DNA from: Ramazzottius varieornatus
Lineage: Eukaryota; Animalia; Tardigrada
Length of the DNA stretch: 64,000 nucleotides
Reading direction: 5' to 3'
Assembly: GCA_001949185.1 (NCBI GenBank)
Contig: BDGG01000006.1
Location: 62,001 to 126,000, forward strand
A program made the position numbers and the translations under genes. Below, piece by piece: positions 41,997 to 56,200 of the stretch; the first letter of the stretch is position 1, and every line of letters begins with the position of its first letter. The notes below the pieces were generated by a model. That model saw only the letters and a program-made list of their open reading frames with translations. It was not told the DNA's origin and made no database searches.

Positions 41997-42396
41997 TTTC
42001 CCTAAAAGAAGGAGAAAGAGACGAGCGTTTGTATGACGGTCGAGCACAATCACCCTAAGGTTTCAACAGATTTACGGTACCTCTTTCAGTAACTCCGTCA
42101 GCTGATCTCCTGCCATCGTTTCTCCGAACAGCATCCCCCAGCCGCTAACCTCGTTCAGGTCGTCCAACTATCTCTTTCCAGACCTCCCCTTTTCCTTAGA
42201 AGACTGAGTATAAGCTCAGGTTGAACCCTAACAAGGAAAGAAAACTAATAATTACTGATTAATCAGATTGCTAAAATTGGTTTTGGCAGATTGATCCAAT
42301 CAAATTGCTCAACCAAGGATCAATACTAACACTTTATCAAGTGACTCCAGTGCGACCGAACGTACGTACGAGTACGATGGTACGCTAAGAGCCTAA

Positions 42397-42758
42397 GGCC
42401 GTGTACATTTAGTGGTAGACTACTAGGTCGTTGTGAAGATTATGACGAACCTGCGTATGAAGCTGGGTTGAAAGCTACTAGCCTCTTTTGGATAGTAGCT
42501 GTGGAAAGCGCTTTATAATGGGATTGGTTGGCTAGGCTGGTTGCTGGCCCTGATGAGTTCACAAAGTCGACGTAGTTGACGACGAGGTCAGGTGAAACGT
42601 GGTTGAAATGACCCATCTCATAATTTTTCGACTTTGTGAACGATTTTTGGGTTGTTATGCGCTACCCACCTCTGGGTTGGAAATAATCGCTTTTATGAAC
42701 GCAGGTTCATCATAATCTTCGCAAAGACCTAGTAGCCTACCACTAAATGAACACGGCC
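42397..42758. mobile_element. 362-bp PIF/Harbinger (Tourist-like) MITE in the WDFY3-Rictor intergenic gap
   Basis: ~59-bp terminal inverted repeats, GGCCGTGTACATTTAGTGGTAGACTACTAGGTC...GAACCTGCGT and ACGCAGGTTC...GACCTAGTAGCCTACCACTAAATGAACACGGCC (~5 mismatches). TAA on the left and CAA on the right (degenerate 3-bp duplication). Confidence 0.78.
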
Positions 42759-42941
42759 CAAGACATCAGAATTTTATTTTGTTTTCGTTTTTCTATGAGT
42801 CTGGACGAGCGATCCTTTTCCTGATTTTCCTCAATAATCCAGTAACGCTGATTTACTCTTGAAAAACGAATATTACATACTGTACCAGCCCATGTTGCAG
42901 CGGAAGTCTGGATAGAAGGTCCCCAGGCACAAGATGTTGAG

Positions 42942-45900
42942 ATGGCATCACGCTACCGAGGTGGTCGAGCACGAAGATCAGCTGGTAAGTACTAACACGA
43001 CTATGTGTCTTGGGTACTCTGGATGGTTTTGGATCGCTGTTGCTGTTCGCCTATCCAAACCGCTTTGCGCGTCTTTCAGGCATTAGACCTGTTGCTGAAG
43101 AAGTTCCGATAACTCGCGACTTGGACTCAGGTGAGTAAACCTCCAAATGTTGCAGAGAAGCATCATGCCGCATCAGCGACAAAGTCGAAGTCACCCCGAT
43201 CAGTTGAGACGGTACCGCGGCCCGTTTTGCTCTCTATGTGCGCCGTCATTCGACGTTCGACATCTCAAGTGGCGCATGCACAGATAACAAATTTGAAACA
43301 ATTCTTGCGTATTTTCTGGTGCGTGTACTACTTTTTGGTTTGCAGATGCTGCCGATCTCTACCGGCTGGCACTTCAGAATTCAATCGACCTCAAAGCTAC
43401 CGTGACCAGGAGGCTCTACCATCTGAACTCTCTGGCAAGAGCTTCCAGAATAAGAGAAAGAGCTGCGTTAGATGAAGAGTTCCTTCCTACGATTCTTAGA
43501 TTGTATGTCCTGATAATCTACCGTTTCTTTTTCAGTCCCTCACCCTATCGATTTCTGTTGTGTTGTAGCGCTGGGTTCCTGCTGTGCGATCAATGCAAGG
43601 AGATTCGGGCGGCGACACTGCGGGTCATTCGCGTCTCCGTCAGCAGATCCGAGCATTGTCGTCAGCTGGACATGGCTCATGTCGATTTCTACATTGCCCG
43701 GTACTATTTTCCTGTTTTGCGGGGGAAAAATGCGTTAGCTACAGAAGATTGTATTTCCGTTGTAATTTTTAGGGTGCTGGACCTGGCATTGGATAACGAA
43801 GTGGAACGCATGCAAGCGATTCTCTTGGTCCGCCGAAGACTTTTGCTAGGAAGTCCTCTGTCTTCTCCCATCATCCACGCGCTATCCGCGATAGCCTCCG
43901 ATGGCGAGACCGAACGGGAGCGATTATCCAGAATTTGCCTGGAAATACTGTGTGAAAGCCGTAAGATACGAAACCGTTGTTGTGCCTTCACTGCTGTGAC
44001 TGCACCTTCATCTCACTGACCTGTTAAACTGTTATTTAGTGATCCTCTTCCCCAGTCATCCCAGCGTCATTCCTATCCTTCGAGTATTACTGGATTTCCT
44101 CTTGACCTGTAGCTCGCCGCCCCTGTCGACGGCAGTTGTTGCAGCTGTTATGCATTTTGCGGCACAAGCGAGTAACCACTTCCCTGCCAGTGTCTGTGAT
44201 ATGACGGTAAGAACTTTGGTTATTCCGTTAGTGGTATGAAGATGCTGACGGCATTCTTGCAGCAAATACTGCACCCGGTGACGAATTTCGAAGGGACAGC
44301 CGACGCTCCTGGCAAGCAGAAGGAGTTGACGCTGGTAGATAAGACCGTCATGATTCGAGCTGCCAAATGTGCCATTATAGCAGCTCTTCGCACCTTCGAA
44401 GGTATCCACTTGTTGAGTGTGGCATTCGATGGTGTTCATTCCTTGATCAACGTTCTCCACTTCAACAACCACATGGCTCAGGTGAGACAGCTTTCATCGG
44501 TTAAGCCATATCACGCGATCCATTGTGCTGTTAGTATCTCTGCAGGAAGCAGTGCTGGACATTATTTCCGAGCTCTTGTACATTGCCGGTGAAGTCGAGC
44601 CTGGTCGCTTAGTCTGCGGTATGCATGTCGGTATTTTGTCTTTAGTCAAAGTGCGTAGCCTACTCGATTTCCTTGTAGATTCGTGGGCACTGCAAGAGAA
44701 CTTTGTAGCGGACGAAGCGCGAGCGGTGCTGCCTCACGTTGGCGCTACTCGCCTCAACCTTTCCGCCAACTACCTTTCCCTCCTCATCTTCGTCATGTTC
44801 CAGAATGGTCTTCTCGATGCCCTGGTACAAATGGTCACTTCCGACGGTGCTTTCAGCCAGCGAGCTTTCAAAATTCTCAAGAACTACCTCTCTTTGGGTA
44901 ACCAGCTCAATTTATTACTGCGACGTGATGGCATCGTCACTTTCATTTACTCTTCAGTGACTTTAGTCTTTTCTTGCCGGCCAAACAGAAATAATTCATT
45001 TATGAAGATTATTCGGATATGTACGCTCAAATCTAAGGTGATTATCATGTCGACCATTATATCGTTGTAGCCAATGTGTTACTTCCGGCTGAGTTTACGA
45101 CGCAGCTGAGCAGCCTTCCGTCGCTGGTTTCTTTGGCCAGCAGCTCGTCCATGCAGCTATCAGGGAAGGACGCTGTTACGCGCCTTCTGCTGGCCAACAC
45201 TGATCCCGCCAGACGTTACTTTCCCCACAGCACCATCGAAGCGCCTGCCTCGCTCTTCCTTCAACATATCCTTGAAATATCCCAACCCGTACCTTCTCGT
45301 CCTCCTCTTCCTCCGGATAGTGGTCCGCTTGTTGCCGACGTCCATGTTCCCATGCTCCGTGAAGTTTTGTCGGTGATGACCAACAACGAGTCAGTCACCT
45401 GGAACTGGCCGCTAATCAGTACCCTCCTCAAGGCCAAGAGTATACAAGTCAGCGACCCAACCGGCTTTCGCATTCTCCATCGCCTCTTGGTCTTCTTCAA
45501 AGCCTCGAACAAACTCTACTCATTCGTCCAGCGGAAGCACGACATGGTAGATAAGGTTTCCTGCGATCATTCTGGGATATGGCTAACGTTTGTCACTTGA
45601 AATCGTAGGCTAGAACGTTCGCAGCATGCGCGCTGTGCTTTGTGGATGTGTGTTTGAAAGAAAGTCCAGAGTTGCTGGAAGAGCTCTTGACGGACTTTCA
45701 GCGATGTCTACGCAAAGCCGTCTCGGATGAAGTACAAAGCGAAGTCATCTTGAGTCCTCTGACGTTGTCGGCGTCCTGTTCCTCCGACTACTTTGTACTG
45801 GTGGGCAGAGTATCAAGCCAGGTAGGAGGGGAGATGATGCTGGAAAAGACGGGCTTGGTGGCTCTGTATAACGACATGGTTAAGAGGGAGGACGTCCACG

Positions 45901-48658
45901 AGTCTTACATCAAGCTGATTATCTCTACGTTGGACTATGGACGAATAGACAATACAGCCATGAGAGCACTTCTTGGCCAAGTGACCAAGTCATACTCGCC
46001 GGTAAGGTTTTCTTCGTGGCTGATTCGCCTGATTTACAGTATGTTATATAATAATATCCGGCGGTAATTACGTTAATGGTAGGCTTTACGCTGTTATACG
46101 GCCATGCATTTGCGGACGCTGCTGCGAGCTCGCATGACGGGTTTCTCACAGTGGGGAATGGAATTGCTGCTGTCGTTGTGGCAAGACACCAACCTGATCG
46201 TGGCGCGCACCGCAGCCGAGGTCCTGGACGAGGCTTGTGACGAGAAGGACAACCTGGACGTCCTGATCAGCCAACAACCAGCCTTTGACGAGACCCTTCC
46301 TCTCGGTGGCTTCCTAAAAGCCAGAGTTTTAGGTTCTTACGTCGGCTTTCAGGTTCGACAGGAAGTGGCAAGGTCCGAGTTGGACAAGTGGCGCACTTCT
46401 CTCAACACGGCCTACGTCCACTTTGTCGAACGCATGCTCAGCTGTAAGTTGCTGAGCCCTGATGCTACAGATGGCGCCTCTTATCGCAGCTACTCTTTTG
46501 GCAGGTGAGGCCGCAGTCAACTTTAGTCTTTCTAAGAAAGAGATTTCTTTTTCCGCAGCGAAAAGTTGATGCCGGAGTTATTCCTACCCGAGCATCTGTA
46601 TGGGCAGCTGGTGCAGCATCCCGATGGATGTGATATGGTACGTGAAGAAATGGGCTGGCTGTCGCAGACGATCAAGTCGGCCTCCACATTATCCGCTGAA
46701 GAGATCAAGGTGGCGTTATGGGCCGTGGGACACATTGGTCGGACGACCGATGGCATGGCCTTGCTCAACGAATTTGAGGTCTTGGACGGTGTGGTCAGTA
46801 TGGTGGCCGGCCATGACAACTTATCGGTGCGCGGTACAGCCTACTTCGTGCTGGGCCTGTGGTCCGTTACCGAACGGGGCGCCGACTTGTTGAAGAGTCG
46901 TGACTGGCTGGCTGTCCGCCATAACCGTCACGAGGTATGGCCACTGGTCGACCAACGGGTGTCCTACACTTGGGGCGACACGTCAACCGAAACTTCGAAA
47001 AATGGTACGACAATTAATGCAAGAGACAGCAGAAATGCCTCTATATCTCACTCAGCTTATTTACACTATGTACCGTTGTACCAGCAGGTCGACCGAGCCC
47101 TCCTAGTAATGCCACGACTACAGGTAGCGAGCGTTACAAACAGGCACCAGCACGACTGCTGTCTTACGTCTCCGATCCCGATCTCTTGCCGGAACATCGG
47201 CCAGGCTGGGCCCTGACCGACGACCCGCCATCGGCCAAACCCTCCTTCTCACCTCCAGCCTTCTACGTTTCCACGACGTTGACCGGCGAAGGCTTACAGA
47301 AAAATAGCGGAGAATCTGGCTTCGAGTCCTCCGATGGCCTGACGCGGGAAGGGCGCAGCGAAAGTGCCAAGACCAACACCTCGGACTCGTCGCTCTCGCC
47401 GCCAGCTATGGATAAAAGTCAGCGACCCACCTGGAAACGAGCCATCTCCACAACGTCTAATAGCCAACAGAGTAAGGAATTCGACGACTGTCCAGTTATT
47501 ACTGAGTTTCACGTTCTTTGTCTTTTTTGCAGGAGAAAAGAAGGTTGGACTGGCCAGCGTCATCAAGAGGTCACAGAGTACTTTCTACCGTTCGATGGAG
47601 GATGGGCTACGCAGTGGAAAACCAGCCAAGCCAGGTGCGATGACAAGGAGCGAAAGTCGACCCAGCTTCCGAGATATGGCCAGGGAAGGCTTCAAGTCAG
47701 CGGGCAACATTCTTGAAAAGATGAGGAAAAAGTCCAGCAATGCCAGCTCGCCCTATCTACTCTCCACCCTCGACGTCACCTGCGTCGGCCAGGTAAGCTC
47801 CTCTGGGCATACTCTCTCTTAATCAATACAGTCTTTCTGTGTCGACTGCAGCTATCATCGTCCACTGAGACGAAACCATCGACAGGCACGCCATCTGCCA
47901 AGGAAGAGCGCTTCATGGCTATCTGTCTACCGTTGAAGCGTAGCATTTGGCAGAACCGACGGCACACCTCCACCTATCGCGCGTCAATGCCCATCAATGA
48001 AGAGTGTCTGCACGGGTCGCAGCGAAGGTCCAGCGTTGACCAACCTGCTGAATACCCTTCAGGCCTGGAGATCCACACTGCCGCCAAATGCCTTGCCTGC
48101 TCCATTGCCGGCTGCGACTTGTCCACCGCCTCATCGCCCGATGCTCCCATCGTTTCCAAGCGAAGGGAAGTTCTCAAGTTCGTCAACGCGTTGGCTACAC
48201 CGTTGGGGCACAAAGCAGCTGAACAGGGACTGCTGCAGTAAGCTTGACACTTTGCCTGATGTTGCGCTGAAACACGACTTAGTATCGTTCCTGTGAGCTG
48301 TCTTTTGACGCAGATTGAAAAATCTCTTGCCGGATTCATACATGGATGTCTGTCTGTACAGCGAAGTCTGCCACTTGTTGGCTTCGTACCAGTACAAACT
48401 GCCGATCCGACGGCTTATCCAGGAGCTCTTTGTCGACGTACCTCTGCAGAAGGTAAATGGTATTTTTCCATCTGTACTGACTATCTGGCCTTCGAAATCA
48501 CTTGTTCCATTGTCTGTCGTTCTTTACAGTGCCTTCAAAAGTATTACGAGCTGGACACCGCAGTCTCCGTTCCTGCGGAAGCAGTGGAAGAGATTAATGT
48601 TCAAAACCTTCAAGCGGAGCGTATGGCGACTGCAGCGACCACTTCTGTTTCAGCGTGA
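42942..48658 (+). CDS. RICTOR: Rictor (rapamycin-insensitive companion of mTOR, mTORC2 subunit)
   Basis: Spliced start MASRYRGGRARRSA. Motifs KEIRAATLR, DNEVERMQA, IKLIISTLDY, TRFSQWG-like GFSQWGMELL, HLYGQL, ALWAVGHIG, SVRGTAYFVLGL, HTAAKCLAC, and LYSEVCHLLASYQYKLPIRRLIQELF. Confidence 0.92.
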
Positions 48659-49630
48659 TTTCACTGAACGTTTTCAAGCAGGTAATTTCCGGTTGTAGTC
48701 ATCCACCAAATGTTTTTCCCACTAAATTTCAAGAATATGAAATGTAGTTTGGGCGGAATTTATCGGTCATTGTCAGCCTGGTGAACAAAGCATCCTAGAT
48801 TCAAAATGTATCTGGTGGTACTTAAGATCTCTTTCTTAAAAAAGCGCGCAAATATCCGATTTTTACCGAGAGGCTTGTGATTTATGAGGTGTGGCGCAGG
48901 TTGAAGAAAATGCACAGGGGGAGGTACGAGGTACGCGATAACGGAAGTATGAATACGTCCATCGCGTGATATTGCAGCGAACTACTGCAAAAATTGCTTG
49001 GTACCAGGTCGTCGGCGGAAGTTAGCAGGATGTCTCAACGCTTTAACCGCTATGCTGACTGCAAACATTTCTCCAAGTTCTTTCTTTGAACTTGATAACT
49101 GTAGACCATTTAATGCCGAGTGGTGAGGTGAAATTTTGCTATAACATCTAATTAGGCGAAGCTGTAGAATCAGCCATTGCTCAGCTGAAACATCATTTTG
49201 ACGCGCCGATCGAAGGCGCTCGGGTGCGTGTCGGGTTGGTTCTGGTAGATAGCACTGTGAAGATGAAATGACAACATGACCCAGCTGTGTCGTAATCCGC
49301 CTATGGTATGATGAACAGCATTTGGCTATCATGCTTATTCGCACTGTCGAGCTGATCTTTTCAAGTTGATCGATCAACTTTCTGGAAATTATGTGTTTTC
49401 GAGCTGACTTCCTCAGTTTAATAATTGAAACATACAGTTTCTGATTCTTGGCTTAGCATATGCACGCTATTCGACGTTAACGAGAACATTAAACTCACAA
49501 GCACCGAGAAGACAATACCGCACCGTTACGTGGCACTAATCAACAACGAAAATGCATAAAAAACACATTTGTCTTAAAAAGTGGTAGAACCAATATACCA
49601 ACGTTAGATGTCAAGGTCGGCAATTATTCA

Positions 49631-52600
49631 TCACCAGTTTTGCGTGGTTCGCTTTTCTACCGTCATAACCAGCTTGTTGCCCTGGTTCAAAAGGGCTTGT
49701 TGAGCTTGCTGGTGGGTCCAGCCGGCCACATTCTGTCGGGGACTCTCTCCGATAAAGCACAGGGTATCGCCTTCATCCAAGCCAACCTGAATTTCATTTG
49801 ATAGTGTGTCATTTGGTACGTCGATTCTTTCAAACATAAAGGTGTGTGCAAACCTGTTGGGCCATGGATCCAGGGATAATTTTGGAGATGAGCAAAGGCT
49901 GGCCAAAGTCGCGACCACCGTAAATTTGGAAGCCCCAGGCCGTGTTCTGGTTGGGTCGCTCCATGCGAACTGTCCGCTTGATGACGGAGGGTTGTGCAGG
50001 AGCGGGGGTGGGGGCACTCTTTTTAAAGGCGTCCGACTCGATAATATGCTCTCCTCCTCGTTGGACCGTCATTACCAAGTTGTTACCCTGATTTTGAATC
50101 ATCTGGATGGCTTGGTGATAGGGATAGTTGTAAATGACTTGCGCCGGGTCGCCAACGCTGTATATCATATCGTTGGGCTGAGAAAGAGCAAAATTTTGAT
50201 TCAACTTCCGGCGTTGCAGGATTTCGTGCCGAGGACTTCTGATCCCTCCACATCGTGACTGTATAATTCGTGCATTAATTATTCTAGCTCTTTTGTGTCC
50301 GACACCCTGGGTGAGGCGAGAATTTTGGTTAGCAGCAGTTTGTGTACTTCATTCTGCTCATGAATAGCTTCGTACGAGCCACAAAAACCGGCCTCCTGGC
50401 GATTGTCGGATCCTCGCTTTCTTGACGTCCTGGAGGCAGCCAGGACGTTTTATCGGTTTACTTGCACTCTCGGTCCTGTTGCTTTGTTTCGGTTGGTTAC
50501 TGTATTTACAGTGAACTTCTCTTGTAAAAGAGCCATGTTTTGTCGATTAAGAAGGGATAATTGTTGCCAAATTTTTTGTGGAGACGGCAACTGCTACCGA
50601 TTTTAGGCAACATCGTGTCGCAGGACTCTCGCTGAGCTACGCTGCCGATGCTTCGTTCTAAGCACTTGGCAGTGCGAGATGACTGCATGTTCGCTTCTCG
50701 CTGCCCCCGCTCAACAAACGTGTTGTCATATCTCGATCGTTCTTGAAGACTGTACTAAAGTTTTCAGACTCAAGAGTTCTTTGCGCCTGCCGCGAGGATT
50801 CGTCCTAAGTAGCTGCCTTAGGACCTTGGATCGTCTAACGAGACCCACTTGCGTGCAATATGCAAGTCTTCCTCATAACCGCGGCTATGTATGCTTTTGC
50901 GAGCCAGGAAGAACCATCCGAAATCCGCCTTGACGACGCGATCAATTAACCATCATGGACCCGACGAGTTACACGCATGCATGCGTAACTTTCTAACTTT
51001 CCAAATCCTCACGTCGGGAAATTAGGGCTTCATGCAGCTGTGCTGTGGAGCTACGGCCACCCCAAGGTTCGTTGCCGGTCTTAGTGAATGCAGTTTGCAT
51101 TTCTTGCAGTTATTAAACCCAAATTTCTTTTTGCGAATCCGGAAGTTTTCGAGGGGACTGCCATGCATACGATAGTGGCAAATAGAGGTTAGATCGGGGA
51201 CGTGCAACGAATGTCTCACCTGTAAACCAACGTCTTCGGCCATGCTTTCCGGTCTGACACTGGTAATCCTTAGCGGTCCTCCGTCTCCGCCGGCAGTGCG
51301 GAAGCCCCAGTCAATGGCCATGTCTTGTCCGGCTCGCATCTTGACGGTCAAGCGCATGATCTCCTGCTGCTTGGGTGCTGGTCGTCCGGCCATCATGTTG
51401 CCGCTGTTGTAGCTGTTGGGTTGGCTGTAAGGATCCGGCTGATTGGCTGTGTAATAATTGTTGTTGTTGGAAGAAGGCTGAGCGGATCCGGAGGAGAAAG
51501 GCGAAGAGGCGCGTTGCTGCTGCTGTGGAGCTGACAGACTCATTGAGGGACTTCGAGCTCGGTTGTTGGAGGCTGGGGTCGCCAGCGAATTGCTGGCTGG
51601 TGGTGGAGACCGTATGGGATATTCACCGCCTCTGCAAAAGACACTCGCGTTCATGCAACTTTGACTAGACAACAAGCCACCAAATGTTTTCCCAAGTTGG
51701 GCGTTCTACCGCAGCTAGACGGGAAGTACGGACAGCGCAGTATGTATGCTCATAATTAATTGCTAATTTTACGGAATGCTCCGCGAGCCGGTAGGAAGCA
51801 CGAGCATCGGCATGGTACGTGTACGTTGTGACGTTTCGCTACATGCTTGGGTAGCCTGGTCCAAGCTGAAAGTGTGTGTACGTTCCATTTCTTCTGTGCA
51901 ACTTATAACCGATACAGCGACATCCGTCGTCACTTTCTAGACGTATGTCCCATGGCGCTAGACTGAAAGACGGCTTACTGGTTGATTATATCCGACGGAT
52001 GGACGTTTATCACGGTGCGTGAGCAGTTTATTCTCCATGCTGTCCATGGTACTCTGACTGTCGCATCGACAGTTTCCGACTTGAATAGCAAAACAAATGA
52101 TTTCCATTCTTGTGATATTGCCGCCAAGAAAAGCTGAATGCGTGGATGAATGGCTCATCCATCGCAAACTGATACTGCTATCGCTCTTGGACACGCACTC
52201 AAATTTGTACAAGTCACACTTTGCGCTTAGGGAAGTATTCTGGATCACAAAACGGAGTGGTTGCGAGCGCTTATCCCAAATCTCGACAAATGTGGCCAAC
52301 ACTGGGAGACTTTCTTCTCCTCATATAATTTGGGTCGGAGTCTAGCCCAACGCTTTACCAGTTGCGCGACCTTTCGCCGGTCGGGGATTCGTCTTCTTCG
52401 ATCATGCCAACACAAATTCCATCACCTACTTTAGCTCGAGGTCCTGGAGACTCCCTGAAGTGGCCACTCATACGGTTTCGACAACGTTCTTGCAGCATAA
52501 CGACCGCATGACAGATGGCGCTGCGCGTTGTCTTATACAGCAATCCGAATTACGGTAATGGGGGTGAAGCCAATTTGCTGAGGGTCCTCCTGCACATCTT

Positions 52601-53255
52601 GCTACCTCATCAGATGTCTTGGAGTTATGTACCATGCATTTCTGACGAAATATTCTTGCGTACGCGGTGGCCTAACTGAGGATACGGGTATCGAAACGTT
52701 GCTTTCCCGAAGACACATTGGGGGAACGTGCAGGAGTTAATATACTAGAGTCAAGGCTGAAGGCTACACCACACACCGTGAGAAACTTACAAACAATCGA
52801 TAACTTGGTGAAAACTGACCTTTGAACTGTCATGATTATCTCGTTGCCCTGGCGCATTAAAGCTGACTGTGCTTGCTCGTGGGTCCATATTGTGGCATCC
52901 GCCGGCGGATCTCCAATGTAAGTCACAAAATCTCCTGCAAAAACACAAGTATCCTATAGCTTGGCGGTCGTCGTCCCAGGTCATAGCTGCAGACGTTAAT
53001 ATCTTACCGATTAATAATCCCACTTGTTCAGCCAGACTTCCGCTGGTCTGCAATCGATAAGTACCGGTTTTGATGAAGGCTTGATGTTGAAGCAACTAGT
53101 GATCATGCGCATACTACGGCAGGACTTACAATTTTTGTAATCTTCAAATATTCACCATGGTCGACGCCGCCGGAAATGCGGAAGCCCCACTTGACCGAGT
53201 CGTTAGGACGGCGCATCTTTACCGTTAGCTGCATGATCCGCTGAGAACCCGCCAT
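49631..53255 (-). CDS. ~390-aa protein made of three Zasp/ALP/Enigma-type PDZ domains with a low-complexity linker
   Basis: Six exons (53255-53130, 53047-53008, 52934-52820, 51631-51220, 50177-49854, 49786-49631) splice in frame to 1173 nt. Three repeats of LTV.M...WGF...GG....L.I..[IV]..[GE]S.A...GL...D....G.......H.QA...L..QGN...MTV.[RK]. Confidence 0.87.
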
Positions 53256-56200
53256 TCTTTATCGTTCTCGCTGTTGGAAGACCTACAAAAGTCAATTTGG
53301 ACTTCACTCGCTGCATCAATGTCGTTTAGAAAATCGAAATTGGCACGATGCAGCAGGCTTCTAATCTTATACAGTGTTCGAACTGAAATTCTTTTTGTCG
53401 ACAGCTGTACGTTAGACTAACTGCTCCGCTTTTCATATCGAAATTATTATCTTCACTGACCATGTTATTGCTAGAACACTTTACTTTAGTCTGTATCGTA
53501 GAGAGGAAAAAGCACGACGTTTCTCGCGTTCTGTATTGTACCTTCAAGCAAAACGCATTTCCGGTCGGAAAAACTAAACGATCGTTGCTAGACCGTAGAA
53601 GGGGTGTCAAATACCGGTATTGTTTAGTGTATGGTTCGCCTTGCCTAGCATTGTCATGTAAATCGATTAATTCTATGATTTCCAACGAGAATTCCCGCGC
53701 TGGGTTGTTCCAGATTTTTCTGTCGAAAACTAGACGATGATTGTACGTGTAAGCCGAAGAGGAAGACTGGGCGATATACGGCTGCTCTACTTGGCAAAAC
53801 TTGGACAAGAAGGTAAGCTGGTGTCTGCATACAGTCCGCTCCGTTGATTGGCTTCATCCATGCCAAAAGAAGGTTCAAAGCTACTTAGTAGCAACGATGA
53901 CAACAGTCAGTAACTTTCTCGACTGCTATCGTATTGATATAGGCGAGGTCTCGAATCGCAGCCATGAAAAGAGAACCGAGTTACCCAGCTTACCTGTTGC
54001 ACAAGTAGCAGAAATATTAAAAGTTGTTTGAAAAGGCAGTCCGAAAGTAACAGTATTACAAAAGTTGACGAACGGAAGGGCTGCGCGCTGAGATCACAGC
54101 GATTAACATCAAACGTGGGTAGATGGGCAGTTTCAAGATCGATGGCGGTAATTATTATTTGTAAAATAGTTTACACAAGCCGACAATATCGTTCGTCCTT
54201 AAAGATGATGTCTGCCTTCACCCTACGCAAACCTGGCGGAGCTGGCGCTGCTTGGTAGCAGATAGCTACTGTGGATTTCCGTGGTCTGCCACACAGGACG
54301 CGCTTTTCCCTTGCCATTGATGAGTAACTAACTTTGTCATTCGTAACAGCCTACGTCCTGTGTGGATCCAACTGTTTAGAACAATTCGGCTGCGAGGAGC
54401 ATTTGCTAAGAATACACAGTAGACATGACGTCGCTTCTTTCTCCAGTTACACTCTGATGCAGTAGCTAGCCTTCCATAACCTCTTTTTAGAGCCACTACC
54501 AACCACAGAAGATGCGTTTTTTGCCACTGGCATAATTACGTTCTCAACTCATTAGGACAGTAATCTTTCCGGTTTGGGCTCAGCTTTCGAACGTGGAACT
54601 GCCGGGTTGTCAAAAGACGGTATGTTGAGTTCCGTGATGTGCATGTGCACATCCTTGGTCTTTATGTGTGCGCGTCACTGCGGCATGATCGTCAGGTTTC
54701 GAAATCGTACAGATGGTTCGCTGTGATGATGGACCATTTGATCATCAGCGAAGATCACGTAATAAGCGAAGAGTGAGGCCCTGCATCGAGGAGAGACTAA
54801 TTGACGCATCTGTCTAAAAGCTATTTTTTGTTGGCAAGCCAGCGTCGCCACTAGCTTATCCACATAAATAATGCTGCGCAAACTGTCTCATCTTCGTTTG
54901 TTTGTCCACTGACTTGTCGCCTTCACCGAAAATAAAGCGTCGAAAACTCTGCGCTTGGCATTTCTTTTCCTGCAAAGCAAAGCCTAGCTGCTTGTACCAT
55001 AATATCTTGTCGTTGTAGATTTCGCATTGAAGAACCGTTTCCTTGCGGACTTCAAGGTCGCGGTTTCGTTCAAGAAAACCCCTGCTGCTTACCCTCGAGC
55101 TCTGTGCACTGGGGAAGCAGTATGAATATGTAGCGTGGTTACCTGTTGGGTCGCTGATAATCGGTTGGCTTCGAGAGGACGAAATTTCGAAATCCGACAA
55201 TATTCCGAATTCGAGTACTGTATGTCACTTGCTGTCAAAAGAGCTTGCTGTACGTTTGTCTAGGCTTCGATGTAGAGGCAGACAGAACTTCGATGGCAAG
55301 CCAATATGCTATACGAATAATCCAATCAGTCACAACCGACACTTTCCACAAGACTTGTCGCCAGAAGAAAAGATGAAATCCAGCAAATCAGTCAGAATTT
55401 GGTGGAAAATTGAGTAATCGAAAGATGGGTGGCGCGAAGACCGCTCGTTTCAAAGAAAATCAGGGGTGCTGCGTCACACTGATTTTGCAGTTATTAGAAA
55501 ATAATGTCGGCAGAGGTTCTCCGGAGCATGAAGTTCCCAAAGCTAGACATACACCATGGCCTCAATGCGAAGAGCATGGCAGTAAAGGATGCGTTTTATG
55601 CGGTTCAAAATAGTGCGTCAGAATGTTAGCGCATAACTTGAACGCAATTCGAGTCAAGTCGAAGGCAACTACAGAATGCAACAGCCTATACGGGCGACCT
55701 AGTAGAAGACTACCTCTATTCATCGATGCACTAGCTGTTGAAAATCATAACCACACTCTCGAGCACTACGATCAGGACTGCGCTATGACGGGCACGCCCA
55801 CTAGTCAAACAGGTATCGCAATGATTTTGTACCTGCTTTAGGTGAGCGAGTTCAATATCCTCTGTAGTGGTCGCCGAGTCTTTCCGCTGACTAGCTTTCG
55901 TCGATAAACGGCCTTGCTATGATCTTTCAATGCCGGCTGCACTCGCAACACGACTGACCTCCCTACCTTACATTTGAAAGGCTAGAATCCATGAACGCCA
56001 TTGCCGGACTCAGCACAGCGCCTAGCTATCGATTGTGAGTTGGCTTACCTGCGGTGCGAAATAGCGAATGTAAGCCACGCGGTTCACCCCTTCAACTGGC
56101 TCATATCTTACGCTGTTGTGAAGGCATACTGTACAACCGTTATCTGCATCACGGGGTGGCGGTGCGTGACCACCGACTGCATTGTACAGGTGTGGTTCAA

